DNA of 64,000 nucleotides from Mobula hypostoma (Eukaryota), in assembly GCF_963921235.1 (NCBI RefSeq), contig NC_086122.1, forward strand, positions 20,584,001-20,648,000, read 5' to 3'. The notes beneath the pieces are model-generated. The model did not search any database and was not told the DNA's origin. It saw only the letters and a list, made by a program, of their open reading frames with translations. The position numbers were made by a program, and so were the translations under genes. Below are positions 38,325 to 50,804 of this stretch, in pieces; position 1 is the stretch's first letter; the number at the start of each line of letters is the position of its first letter.

Positions 38325-39365
38325 AGGAAACAAGGGAGGAAATTTCTGTGCCCTTGGAGATGTTCTTTACATCCTCATTGACCACAGGAATAGTAAAAGA
38401 TAATTGCTGAGTTGCAAATTTTATTCCTTACTTCAAGAAAGAGAGTAGCGATAACCCTGGGAATTATAAATCCAGTGAGTTTTACTTCTGTGATAGGCAG
38501 ATTATTATAGAGGATTCTTGGAGACAGGATTTACAAGTATTTGGGCAAGCATAGTTTGATTAGCAATAGCCAACATGGCGTTGTGAGAGGCAGGTCATGC
38601 TTCACGAGCCTGATTGAATTCAAAGGTTCAAAGGTTCACTTTATTTTCAAAGCACGTATGCAGAATACAACTCTGAGATTCGTCTTCTCCAGATAGTCAT
38701 AAAATACAAAAAATATAGAAGTAGTTGAAAGAAAAGACATCAATCTCACCCTCCCCAGGGTAGGGGTATGTTACGGGGGGAAGGGTTAAGGGGAGGGGGA
38801 GGGTAGATATTATTCTATGTAATTAAATTTGAAAATTGAATCCTAAAAATTTTTTTAAATAAATAAATAAAATTAATATATTGCCACATGGAGAAACAGC
38901 AACAAGAGCATCAAACTCCAAACCCCAGCTTGCCAGTCAGCAACAAGAAAGAAGGAGCAAGAACCCAATAAAAACACAGGACTGAAAGAGGTCAATATGA
39001 ACTACAGTTACCTCGGACTACAGTCCAACCCATAAATCTCACAACTCTCATAACATCTCCGAAAGCTTCAGGGACAGCAACTGCTCGAACCCAGCGGCCT
39101 TTCCGGGGAGAGCGAGTCAAACCCTTTGAGGATTCTTTGAGGATTTGAAAAGCACATTGACGAAAGTGGAGTAGTGGATATGGTGCATATGAATTTTAGT
39201 AAGACGTTTGCTAAGATTCCTGATAGTAAGCTCATTCAGAATGTCAGGAGTTATGGGATCCAGGAAAACCTGGCTGTATGGATACAGAATTGGCTTGCAG
39301 AAGGTGACAGTAGATGGAGCATATTCTGCTTGGATGCCAGTGACCAGCCGTGTTCCACAAAGATC
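38325..39365 (+). mobile_element. CR1 RT remnant interrupted by younger insertions
   Basis: DMVHMNFSKTFAKIPDSKLIQNVRSYGI...WIQNWL; WMPVTSRVPQRSVLG. Confidence 0.8.
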
Positions 39366-39574
39366 TGTCCTTGGGATGCAGCACTTTGGATTTTGTGGTG
39401 TGTTGCTCAAGATTTCCAGCATCTGCAGAATGTTTTGTATCTACTATTAAGATTGATTTCTCTCTCTGTTTTTAAGGTGCCATGGTGATACACAGCTTTG
39501 ATTATTAGTTTTTATAGTTAATAAAAACCACTTATCTGATAGTCACATGAGAAAACGAAAAGCAGAAATAAAGT

Positions 39575-39596
39575 ATTCTATTGTTTGTATTTTAGG
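39575..39596 (+). promoter_or_regulatory. Splice acceptor for the connexin coding exon
   Basis: ttctattgtttgtattttAG|g with AG at 39594-39595, 28 nt before the ATG; matches the usual connexin layout of a non-coding exon 1 and a coding exon 2. Confidence 0.75.
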
Positions 39597-39623
39597 TCAA
39601 CAAGTTAAGACTTTCCACGTGCC

Positions 39624-40364
39624 ATGGACTGGGGCACTTTACAAGGTGTGCTCAGCGGAGTGAATAAGTACTCAACTGGATTTGGGCGGATCTGGCTGTC
39701 CGTGGTCTTCATCTTCAGAGTTCTGGTCTATGTGGTGGCAGCAGAGAGCGTGTGGGGCGATGAACAGAGTGACTTTGTCTGCAATACCTTACAGCCCGGC
39801 TGTTCAAACACCTGCTATGACCACTACTTCCCCATATCCCACATTAGACTGTGGGCCTTACAGCTGATCTGCATCACCACGCCTTCATTGTTGGTGGTTC
39901 TGCATGTGGCTTATCGGAAAGAGAGGGAGAGGAAACACAAGATGAAGTATGGAGAAAATTGTACCCAGCTGTACAAAAACACTGGGAAAAAGCATGGTGG
40001 GCTCTGGTGGACATATCTGATGAGTCTGATATTTAAAACAGCTTTTGAAGCTGGTTCTTTGTATATACTTCATTGTGTTTATGCTCAGTTTTACCTGCCT
40101 CGATTAGTCAAGTGTCCTATGTCCCCTTGTCCAAATATAGTTGATTGTTATATTGCCAAGCCTACTGAGAAGAGGATCTTCACATACTTCATGGTTGGGG
40201 GGTCCAGTGTTTGTATTATCCTCAACATTTCTGAAATACTTTATCTAATTTTCAAACGATGCTTTAAATTTTGTAATAAAAAGCTCAAGAAGGAAGAGGT
40301 GAGCTTGTCAAAGGCGAAGCGAAACGTACTTCTGAGAGAGAGTATTGAGAAGCAAAGTCAATAA
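39624..40364 (+). CDS. gjb3: Gap junction beta-3 (connexin 31)-like protein, 246 aa, single coding exon
   Basis: Intact ORF with Kozak gccATGG. Beta-connexin N-terminus [32 protein letters not shown], four hydrophobic segments, EL1 C-X6-C-X3-C ([12 protein letters not shown]), EL2 [12 protein letters not shown]. Loop [16 protein letters not shown] and [14 protein letters not shown] resemble GJB3 more than GJB4/GJB5 (which have KKRGG). Connexin identity is certain; orthology is by recall. Confidence 0.9.
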   Translation: MDWGTLQGVLSGVNKYSTGFGRIWLSVVFIFRVLVYVVAAESVWGDEQSDFVCNTLQPGCSNTCYDHYFPISHIRLWALQLICITTPSLLVVLHVAYRKERERKHKMKYGENCTQLYKNTGKKHGGLWWTYLMSLIFKTAFEAGSLYILHCVYAQFYLPRLVKCPMSPCPNIVDCYIAKPTEKRIFTYFMVGGSSVCIILNISEILYLIFKRCFKFCNKKLKKEEVSLSKAKRNVLLRESIEKQSQ

Positions 40365-40873
40365 GCATAAAACCTCAAAATCTAATAATGTCTAAAACTA
40401 ATATGAAACTAATTTTCTATTTCATACCTTGAAGAACTAATATGATCGATCAAACATAACATTATTGAAAACTAGGCAGGCTTGAGTTCTCAATGACCTG
40501 TTCTTGCTCCTGTTACCAATGCTCATGAAGAATATTTGTACGATACCGTTTCAAATCTTTCTGCCATGTCGATCAAATATTACTTGTATCTATAACAGCT
40601 TTCTCCAACCTTTGATGTATCCTTCATTTTGATTCCACCATTTTCATCCTGTTGCATGTTAAAGGACCAGCAGATGAATGTTTGATGTCCAACCAATAGT
40701 GGAAAGATGTTGATGGAGAAAAGGACTGAGCTTTTTTTCTGATCCCCTAACACTCTCCAAACCTTGTTGGGGGTTGGACCAGATATGCCAGAGCAAATTT
40801 GCTTTTTATAGTTGATTTGTAACTTTTGGTATCTAAAACAATGCAAGAGGTCTCAGAGAAATGTTTGCACATG

Positions 40874-40879
40874 AATAAA
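40874..40879 (+). terminator. Candidate proximal polyadenylation signal (further AATAAA at 42878 and 42964)
   Basis: AATAAA about 510 nt after the connexin stop; the distal pair follows a U-rich stretch typical of 3'UTR ends. Confidence 0.35.
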
Positions 40880-43849
40880 CAAGTATTTCAAGATTTCCTT
40901 TCGGCTTACGGCCTGGTTGGAAAGGTCAGCGCTGACACTCTAAGACCCATAGAGCATGCTTGAATGCAGTTTTCAGTCAATTTACATTCCCCGTTGTGTT
41001 AATTATTTCTTTCTAAAAGTATCTGACTGCCATGGAAAGAGCATGCATCAACACTATACAAGCAGACTGATCACCACTGCAAACATTTAAGTTTTTAGAA
41101 CAAATTATATTAAAGTCCCTGAATTATTACAAGGAAATGGAAAAGTACTGAAAGCAATGTCAATCAAAGCCATCGCTGTGGTTTTTATTAAGTAAGTGTT
41201 TAATACCAGAAGGCATGCATTGAAGGTGAGAGGAGGTACGCTTAGGGGGGAATGTGAGGGTCAGAGAGTGGTGGATGCCTGGAGTGCACTGCCTGTTGTA
41301 GAGGCACATACATTAGAGGCTTTTAAAAGATGTTTGGATAGGCACATGGATGCAAGGAAGATAGAGGGATATGGACATGGTGTAGGTAGGAGGGATTAGT
41401 GTTTGGTTGTTTTTGATTTGCTTCTTAGCTGGTTCAGCACAACATTGTGGGCCGAATGGCCTGTTCTTTTGCGTACTCTTCTATGCTCCACGTTCTAATG
41501 GACAGAACCACCAAAAAGTCTTTAATTTCATGTTTGCTTCTGGATGCTTTTAATGACAAATGATACTATCTCTTAAAATATTTTCCATTTCATACTTGGA
41601 GAAACTAATGTGATCTGATCAAGCATGATGTTATAAAAAACTCGGCATTTTTTATGTTTTATATAAAATTTTTATTTTTATTATTTTAAAAACTAAATGC
41701 TGTGTTCACACTGGCAGTTGTTAGCTATCTGAAAAAGGTAATACTAAAAGATAAGACAGCAGGGAAGGGTGATCCTGGCTAAAGGAAATGGATGTTATTA
41801 ACTGTTGCATCATCTCTAGGCTTGTTGAGCAAGGTTAATGCACTCAGCCGAGGATGTGTAGGAAGATAAGCACTCATCATTGTCACATCAGGATCATTTA
41901 CAGTAGACATTTACTATTTCTAGTTCAGAGTGATATCAAATAACTGTTGATTTGCTTTGCCATTAAATTAACCCGAAATTCAATCTTTATTGCTCTGTCT
42001 CTTTTCTGAAGTTCCATAACTCTTAAGATGTTATGATGGTCTCTCATGATGGTACAATGTGGCCAATCTATTGGAAATAGATATGAATCAGAGTTGCTAC
42101 CTTTAATAACAGACATCTAACTGTACCAGAATTTTTTACTCTGGACTCACTGACTGCTGCGAATTCACTGGAAATTAAATAACACATTTACATTTTATAC
42201 AGAGCTACTGCCTTTTCTCTTGTGCTTGAGAACCTGTACCACTGTAAGACTGTCTCTGCAGTTGTGCGATAAACTCGTGCAGCGAAATTTCAGAGAAGCT
42301 TGGTGAATAGCAGGCACAATATTAGTATCATCCCTCGCAGAAAATTCTGGCTTATACCTTATGTAAAGTTTGCCATTCTCTGAAGCATAGCCACATCGCA
42401 AAACATATTTACTATTGATGGATTGTATAAATTATAAGATGTACAGACTGCACTGTGAGCATAAATGACAATATCAATAACTCAAAGACAATAAAAATGT
42501 AAAAGAAAATGTTTAACTTTACAGCATGGACTGTGAAGAATCACAGTGCAACTGCTTAGAATTGAGGGAGGTATCCCCGTCCACTATCATTCCTGTCTTC
42601 CATTTGAAGTGCTTATGTCTGTGTCCAAGAATGTCTTTTCAAAAGCAACAAAACAGTCTGCTGGAAGAACTCAGCAGGTTGAGCAGCATTTGTGGGAGAA
42701 AGGAACAGTCAACATTTCAGGTCAAAACCCTGCACCTGAAGTCTCTTGTGTCTCATTGTCCTTTCAAAGTTTGCATCAAAGGAATCCAGAGATTGTGATG
42801 TCTACTCTAAGTATGAAGTCAGTTTCTTAAAATATTTATTTTGTATTTTTTAATGTTGTTACATTTGTATTATTGAAAATAAATACATTAATTTGAAATA
42901 TATGATTATAAGTCTTACTTTTATACTAATTATCTAGAATTCTGTGATAAACATTGCTGCTTCAATAAAAAGGCCATTTGGATAGTTCAATTCTCCTCCT
43001 TTCTCTATTTCATTAACACAATCCTGGAATATGTAATATACATAGTTGTTTGCCCCAGGCTACCTGTACTGCCAAGCACAACACACAGTTCCACAGTCTA
43101 AACTGGTGCTTTGTCTTCACAACACCAACTGAATGTTTTGAACATAACTGTTTCAAAACAGAGTAGCTAGCATTATTTTTGACTTAACCAACTGTGATGT
43201 GATAATAACATTTAAAGTTTCACTCACAAAAATGGACACAAAGTTTTTGTTTAGTAATCTTTTCACCCCATCCCATAGATGATAACAGATGATATAATCA
43301 CTCCTTTGTTTTCTACTGTCTCCATCCAAAATCTCTATCACCTTTGACTCCCAGCAATAATCTGTCTTTAAAATATTCAAATATTTTAAATAACTTAACT
43401 GTGTCAAATTAGCCTTTGACTTGGTTGTTATTAGTGTCTTGATAGTATCAGCAATTATTTTTCCTTTGAGACACATTAAACATTAACTCAGGAAATGTTC
43501 ACCTCTTGCCGCAGATTCAATCTTCAACTTCACTCACAAACAATTTCAGTGAACCAACATCATTCTATCATGCCACGATGTGTAAACCAACCTTTGGCTT
43601 TAGGTGATCTTCAAAAGGAAAGAAAGGGTCTGGCGATCTCGGTATGTCTCTCCATGCTTCAGACAGGTTACCAATATATTTATCTTAAAGTGGACACAGA
43701 CAAGGAAAGAAACTTCAAGAAGGTGCTGTGCAGAACCTAATCTTTAGGAATGTAACTGGGCAAGTGTAGTGTCAGCAGGAAGGCATTTGGAGGATAGGAC
43801 CACAAATTTGTAGTTTTGAAGCTAGTTGTGGCAAAAGGAAGATGGTCCA

Positions 43850-46090
43850 GAATATAAGGTCCTAAATTGAGCAAGATGAAACTTTTTTCATTGCAGCATG
43901 GGAGAATGAAGGGCAAACTTATGGAGGTATGTGAACTCTTGAGGGGTATTGATAGAATCGATGTGCAGAGTCTTTTTCCCAGGGTTCTAGAATCAAGAAC
44001 TGGAAGACAAAGGTTTCAGGTGAGAGAGGAGAGATATAATAGGAACCTGAGGAGCAAATTTTTCTCCCAGAAGGTGACCATTATATGGAATGAACTGGCT
44101 GGGATGGGCACATTAACAATATTTTAGAAGTATTTAATTTCACAACATTTAATAACGATCTAATGGGTACTTAAGTTATCAGGGGTTTGAAGGCTCTGTG
44201 TAAAATGCATGTAAATAGAATTAGTGTATGTAGGTGCTTGATTATCATTGTGAAAATGTTGGAACAAAGGGCCTCGGCCTGTGCTGTATAACTGCTATAT
44301 GACTCGATGCCTCTTGTAATCAGCTATATTTAGCTATACCTTTAATCACCTAAGACAATATTAGTTCAAGAATTCAGTCAATTAACCACATTCAAAATCA
44401 CTTGTAGAAATTTTCCAAATTGTTTATTAATTTATTTATTGAGATACAGTGTAAAATAGGCCCTCCTGGCCCTTCAGTCTCTGCTCCATTAACCCCAGAT
44501 TAACCCTAGCCTAATCACGGGACAATTTACGAAGACCAATTAACCTACCAATCGGTAAATCTTGGGGGCTGAGGGAGGAAAGTGGACCAGCCAGAAGAAA
44601 CCCACACAGTGATGGAGAGAACACACAAACTCTTTACGGGCAGCCGTGAGAATTGTGGAGTTAGCTCTCTTTTGTGATCTGTAATGTGCAATTGAACTCA
44701 CCATTCAGGTTTATTCAGGAACTGTGGAACAACTGTACTGTCCCATCCAACCTTTCTATAAAACCTTTAAAACATTTGGTTACTAGTATAGATTTTTTTG
44801 TTTATTGCTTAAATCCACGAAACACAAAAAAGTCCCGATTTGCAGTAGCTTTGTTCATTTTTCTCATTCCTAAAATAATCAACTTTTCATTGGACCGAGA
44901 AGGTTTTGTCAAAGTTCACCTCTAGTCAAAACTTTATTCCGTGATGTGCAGAAACAAATCCCACAAGGCATTTTTAAACTATAATCAATGTTTGATCATT
45001 CCCTTCAATAAAACAAAATCTTCTTTGTATGTGTGGCACTAGAAAAGAGCAAAACTCCCAGAATCTATTATGTCCAAGTGTCTGATAGATGAAGTGTCAT
45101 ATTGTTGTACATTTACAGAGAAGCATTCAGATTTGTAAAGTCGCTGGAAGCTGCCAGATCTCTTGCAGCTCAAATGTCATCATTACTTGTTTAAACAGAT
45201 CAGAACAGAATCCATTGTAGCTCAATTTAAGAGCTCAGAGCATTAATTTATCACCTTTACAATTATGCAACTTGAACAAAAGAGCCATCAGTAGATTAAA
45301 ATCTCTGCGTGTTCATTCACTCTGGCAGCATTTCAACTTATTATTCAGAAGCAGAAGATAATTACAATAAAACTAGTCTTTCACAATGCCTTTTGATTTT
45401 CTGAAATTAGGCGTCTACATTAAGTATTTAAGTCAATTAGAACATCAGACGCCACAACCAACATCTTTTTTCATCCTAAAGAAGAAAATATCCTTATTAT
45501 GGTTATACCCCAATTGTTCGCAAACTATTTCCCAAAATACCAGTGCAACTTACTCAATAATTGCTGACATTTAATATATGGAGATCCCATATCCGGAATT
45601 AAAGATTCTCAGCAACAAGAATTGCAATAGGTTAATTCTTTCAATGAGAGGGTCATCTATCACAAGCAGCTGAAGAAATTAGATTGATATTACTTAGAAT
45701 TCAGAAGAATAATGAGTGGTCTTAAACAAACATATTAGATAGTGAGGGGACATACAAGGGTGGATGTCAAAGTTTTTCTATGTATGAGAGAATCTTGAAC
45801 AGTAGAGGCATGGTTACAAGATTAGGGAGTGGTCATTTTAAACCCAAGTGCATAGAAACTCTTTCTTTCAGAGGGTAGTGAATCTCTGGAATTCTCTACC
45901 CCAAAAGATTGTGGAGACTAGATCATAGAGGGCATTTGAAAAGGGAGTAGATAAAGATTTGAAAGATCAGGAAACTGGCACAGAAAAGGAGATGAGACCT
46001 GGGGCAAACCAGCCATGACCATGTTGAATGACAGAGCAGTCTTGAGAGATAAAGTGACCTACCCTTCCTCCCATGTTTCTATTTTCCTAT
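43850..46090 (+). mobile_element. Old CR1 3' fragments (43850-44300 and 45650-46090) with unique sequence between them
   Basis: LFSLQHGRMKGKL...SRTGRQRFQVR...FFSQKVTIIWNEL. Confidence 0.7.
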
Positions 46091-47289
46091 TTTATTACGC
46101 ACACGTTTTCTTATGGCCCTTCTGGAACGCAGGTGATATTCCATCCAAAGTTGATTCACGGCAATACTTACTGACACACCTTGCTATCAGGTGTGGGTAA
46201 GCGTGCCTGACGAGGATCACCAACTTGAGCAAAAAGCAAATTGTAAGCCGCAACAGCATGTTAGTGCCGGGGGACTTACTTAGTGCCAGGCAAGAAAAAA
46301 AGAGCAAAAGCCACCCAAAAGTTGTGAAGAAAAAAGTATTTACAATAGACAAATGAAAACAGACATGTACCAAAATTTACGAACATACTGAGGCTTTCTC
46401 CACAGCAGACTTTGCCATTAACTTTCCAATATAACTATTCACTAACCATGAATATTCAACCTCCACACCCCTCAGCAAAGCCAAACTGAGGGTTTAAATC
46501 TGCCCGTGTAGGGTGCAGTGGCCTGCTCCCACTAACCCAGGCGGTATCTTAGGATACCCCAAACTCTCCCTTGGGTCTGTTGGGGCTGTTCTGCTGTCTA
46601 CAAACCCATGTAATGGTGTGACTGAAATTAAATGAAACTATTTGGAATGCCTCTGTCCAGAATCCTTATTTTTATGAGCTATAAACCAGTAGAGCACGTT
46701 AACCGAAGAGATTTTTTTTTGATTAGCGAAGCTCGCAATTGTTTTATTGTTGGGGTGTGTAAATGGTGAACTCCCAAGAACTGCAGAATGGCAGGGCAAA
46801 GAGCATAGACTACTGGGGAAACTAGACCATGGAACGAGGAGAAGTGACTAACCGGGCAAAGGGACAAGGTTAGCAGGAGAATTAGCATTGCCAATCTGTT
46901 CTGTCACATATATTAAACAGATAGATCATGAAAGATGGAGAAAGAAAGGTGGTAACAGAAAGTCCATAAGACCATAAGATATAGAAGCAGAAGTAGGCCA
47001 TTCGGCCCATCCAGTCTGCTCCGTCAGTCAGGTCAGGGAGTGTATGCTTGTGAACGAACTTACAAAATTATAAAAATAAGCTATTCCTTCTCTAGTTGGC
47101 TTCAAGATAGTTCAGATAACTGAAAAAAAATCAAAATTTCAACTCAAAAGGAAGTAATTATCAAATTAACAAATATTAACATCCATGTACAAGTAAAATA
47201 AAAATGAACACTTCCAAACAACGCTACCAGAGTACAAAGGGTTAAAAACTATCCACTCTCAGCTTCGGCAGTCTCCGTTGTCTAAATCA

Positions 47290-48150
47290 AGCTTAAGTTC
47301 AAGTTTATTGTATACCGCCAAACGAAACAACATTCCTCTGGACCAAGGTCACGACGCAGTACATATTACTCACACATGATGCATAAAGTAATATTTCCAC
47401 AAGTAAATTAACAAATGATAAAAAATATACTCCAGAGGATTGACATTTAGCATAAGGTGCATTAATGATACAAATTAAAAAGTAGACCATCAAGACATTG
47501 AAGCAGAAATAAGCCATTTGGCCCATCATGTCTGCTCCACCATTTCATCATGGTTAATCCATTTTCCCTTTTGGTCTCCCGCCTTCCCCCCAATATCCAC
47601 CTATGCCCTAACTCATCAAGAATCTATCAAACTCTGCCTTAAAGATACCCTTGACCTCCACAGCCGTAAAATATGAACAGTATGACACTACTGTGATGAG
47701 ACATGGATGGTGTCAGGGAGTTCAGTAGTCTCACAGCCAGCAAGAAGAAGCTGTTTCCCCTCCTAACAGTCCTCATCTTAATGCTACAGTACCTCCTGCC
47801 TGATTGTAGGGGTCAAAGAAATTTTGAGGCGGATTGGAGGGATCTTTGACAAGGCTAAGGGCCCTATGTATGCAGCACTCCTGATGAATATCTCAGATGA
47901 GTGGGAGAGACTCTGATGATCCTTTCAGCGGTCCTCGCAGTCCCTTGTAAGGTCTTGCAGTCAGACGCCTTGCAATATCTGTACCTGATGGTGATGCGGC
48001 TGGTCAGAATCCCCTTCATGGTGTTCCTGTAAAAATTGGTTAGAATGTTGGGCGTGGGCCTTTCTCGCCCCAATCCTCTCAGGAAGTGGAAACGCTGCTG
48101 TGCTTTCTTAACCAAAGAGATGGTGTTGAGGGACCAAGTGAGATCGCTCA
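47290..48150 (-). mobile_element. Rex/Babar LINE 3' part with a CR1 tail insertion (47487-47665)
   Basis: DLTWSLNTISLVKKAQQRFHFLR...ILTNFYR. Confidence 0.8.
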
Positions 48151-48659
48151 ATGCTTCACCAATTCTATTTCTTTAAGCCCACGAAATCCAGCTGGATTCA
48201 TCTAGGTATTTAGCTACTGTATGGAAAAGCACTAGTTAACTGCAGTTTATGAATTCCCAGCTTCTATGCAGAGTTCCCTATGTTTTCAAGTAAATTTATT
48301 CCCTTTAATGTTTTTAATTTGTTAATAATTCTTAATTGTTATAACTTTAACAAAGCCTCTGAAATTTCAGAAGGCTGGTCTGTGTGCAGGGTCGCAGTTT
48401 ACTCTACCTGAAGACTGGTGGCTGCTCATGGCTTATTCTATTTCACAAAATGGCGGTGGGATAAGGCCTTGAAGATTTGGGAGCTCTACAACCAGGTGTA
48501 GCCAGGTCCAGCATCATCTGCTTCTTAGTTGTTTCAGCCCATTATGTTTTAAGTTTGACTTGCATTTTTATTGCCTGGATGCTGGGGGAGAAGAGGAAAA
48601 TTGCAAGGAAAGTATCTCTATCATGTGATGAAGCTTGTCCTCCTATCACCTCCAGCATA

Positions 48660-48880
48660 TCCAAAAAGCTGGAGGAACTCAGCCAGTTACATGGCACCTG
48701 TGGAAGGAAATGGACAGTAGATGTTCTGGGTCAAGACCTTCATTTAGACTGGTCCAGTTTAAGGTTCTCAATCAAAACTAATAACTGTCCATTACCTTCC
48801 ATAGATGCTACCTGACTTTCTGAGTCCCTGAAGATTTTTGGGTTTTGCATTAGATTCCAGAATCTTCAGTCTCCTGTCGT
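48660..48880. repeat. Inverted pair of Penelope terminal repeats
   Basis: Arms 48663-48752 and 48752-48840 are diverged reverse complements (ctggaggaactcag...ggaaggaaatggacagt / actgtccattaccttcc...ctgagtccctg). Confidence 0.65.
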
Positions 48881-49526
48881 TTCATTTCATGCTGTGGACA
48901 GCTTCTCATTGCTCACCGTGGACCAAAGGGCTTGACACCATGCTGTATAATTCTTAGAGTAATACAGCCATAGAGCACTCGGCCCATCTAGTGCATGCTA
49001 GCTGCTTTTCTGCATAGTTCCTTCCACCTGTATCTGGTTGATAGACCTCCATATCCCTTTCGTCCATCTACCTATCCAAACTTCTTGTCACAATGGTGGG
49101 GCATTAGGAGCAAGGGTGGACCCAAATGCAAGACACATCTTGTGAGGGTAATTAGATTTAGTTTATTGTTCGATACCAGGAGAGCAAAGCAGAAGCAGGA
49201 ATAGCAAACTGGACAAGGATTCAGGACTACGACTAGGCTGGAACCAAGTGTCTGGGCTTGGACTTGGAATCAACTCCCAGAACTAGAGGAGACATGAAGA
49301 GGCTACTGTATGGACTCCGAGCCAGAGACTGGGCAAGGACCCAGTACCTGGGTCTTGCCTCAGGCTCGGACCCCAGAACCAGGCAAGGGCATGACATGGG
49401 CTAGGGAGAGGAGGAACATGGGAACACGGAACATCGGTCTCGGGAGAGCAGGTACATAGAACCATGGACACATACACAGAACACAGTCGGGACCCCTCCT
49501 TGGGTACAGGACATAGGGCCGGGAAT

Positions 49527-49880
49527 CATGACCCCCGGCGGGGCAACGGCAAGATGGCCTGACTTACCCCACGGAGGCGAGGACAATACAAGACAAAACA
49601 AAACATGACCCCCCCGTGGGGCAATGGCCAGATGGCCAGACTTACCCCACAGAGGCGAAGACAAGACAAGACATGACCCCCCGCGGGGCAATGGCAAGAC
49701 GGCCAGACTTACCCCACGGAGGCGAGGACAGAACAAGACAAGACAAGACGTGACCCCCCGTGGGGCAACGGCAAGACGGCCAGACTTACCCGACGAGGGC
49801 GAGGACCAGACAAGACATGACCCCCCGCAGGCCAACGGCAAGACGGCCTGACCTACCCCACAGTGGCGAGGACAAGACCA
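49527..49880. repeat. Tandem repeat, 5 copies of ~70 bp
   Basis: Unit catgaccccccgcggggcaacggcaagacggccagacttaccccacggaggcgaggacaagacaaga, starting at about 49527, 49604, 49672, 49749 and 49816. Confidence 0.95.
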
Positions 49881-50021
49881 ACACGAACAAACACCAGACA
49901 GTACCTATCTAGCTCTGGCAATAGAACTAGACCGAAGTTCAGGCGAGGGCTGCAGACGAGGGCTAGAGGCGAGGGAGGCAGAGAAGGGATTCAGACAAGC
50001 GGGTAGGACAGGAATCACAGA

Positions 50022-50264
50022 CCGCCAGGGCCAGGACTTGACTCGGAACTTGGATGCCGCAAGGGCCAGAACTTGACTCGGAACTCGGATGCCGCCAGGG
50101 ACGGGACTTGACTCGACTCGGTACTTGGATGCCCCCAGAGATGGGACTTGACTAAGAACTTGGATGCTGCCAGGGCCAGGACTTGACTTGGTATTTGGAT
50201 GCCGCCAGGACCAGGACTTGACTTGGTACTTGAATGCCCCCAGAGACAGGACTTGACTTGGAAC
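50022..50264. repeat. Tandem repeat, ~7 copies of 35 bp
   Basis: Unit gccgccagggccaggacttgactcggaacttggat, head to tail with no spacers. Confidence 0.95.
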
Positions 50265-50804
50265 CTCCGGGTAGTGGCAAGCTCTCAACTCGGCCCGGGA
50301 ACAGTAGACAGCGGTTCTTGATTGCCTCCGGCGGGTTAACCGATAGACCCACCTCGGTGAGGAAACTTTGCAGGCTCGCTTTGGCGAGGTAACTTGACAG
50401 GGTTGCTCCGGTGAGGAAAGGCGAATTACCGGCACTCACTTCGAGCAGAGACAAGGCTTGCTCCGGCCAGATGACATTGGCACACCGTACCTTTGGTGAC
50501 TTTGCAGACGCTCTCGCACCGAACAGCTGAACGCCGGAGACTATGAACTACCGGTCCAGCCGAGAGTAAATTGCCTCCAATCACCAAAGCCGAGGGACAC
50601 GGGAAAACAGGGAACCAAAGGGAAACAGGGAGTCAACTGTCTGGATCGTAACATAAACAAAGTAAATTTAAAGGGACCCCGATCCAGACCATGACACTTC
50701 TCTTAAATGTTACAATTTAATCTACATCCACCCCTTCCGCTAGTAGCTCATTCCACACTCACACCACATGAGTGAAGAAGATTCCCCCTCAGATTCTCCT
50801 TAAA

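Larger units (their letters stand above)
49086..50696 (-). mobile_element. Long solo LTR (1611 bp) containing two minisatellites
   Basis: TGTCA...TGACA termini, 5-bp TSD CTTCT (49081-49085, 50697-50701); interrupts an older CR1 3' end; minus-strand AATAAA near 49162. Confidence 0.85.

Noticed and set aside
46133-46196. Possible exon (cAG...GTAAGC) and nearby CTGACGA
   Set aside because: The pyrimidine tract is weak, the peptide is unrecognisable, and no GAAA or stems complete a hammerhead.
50022-50264. 35-bp repeats as a CRISPR array
   Set aside because: Units are head to tail with no unique spacers, there are no cas genes, the context is vertebrate, and the array lies inside an LTR.
49401-50454. 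Repetitive ORFs of 75-176 aa
   Set aside because: They are read-through of GC-rich minisatellites with no recognisable domain.
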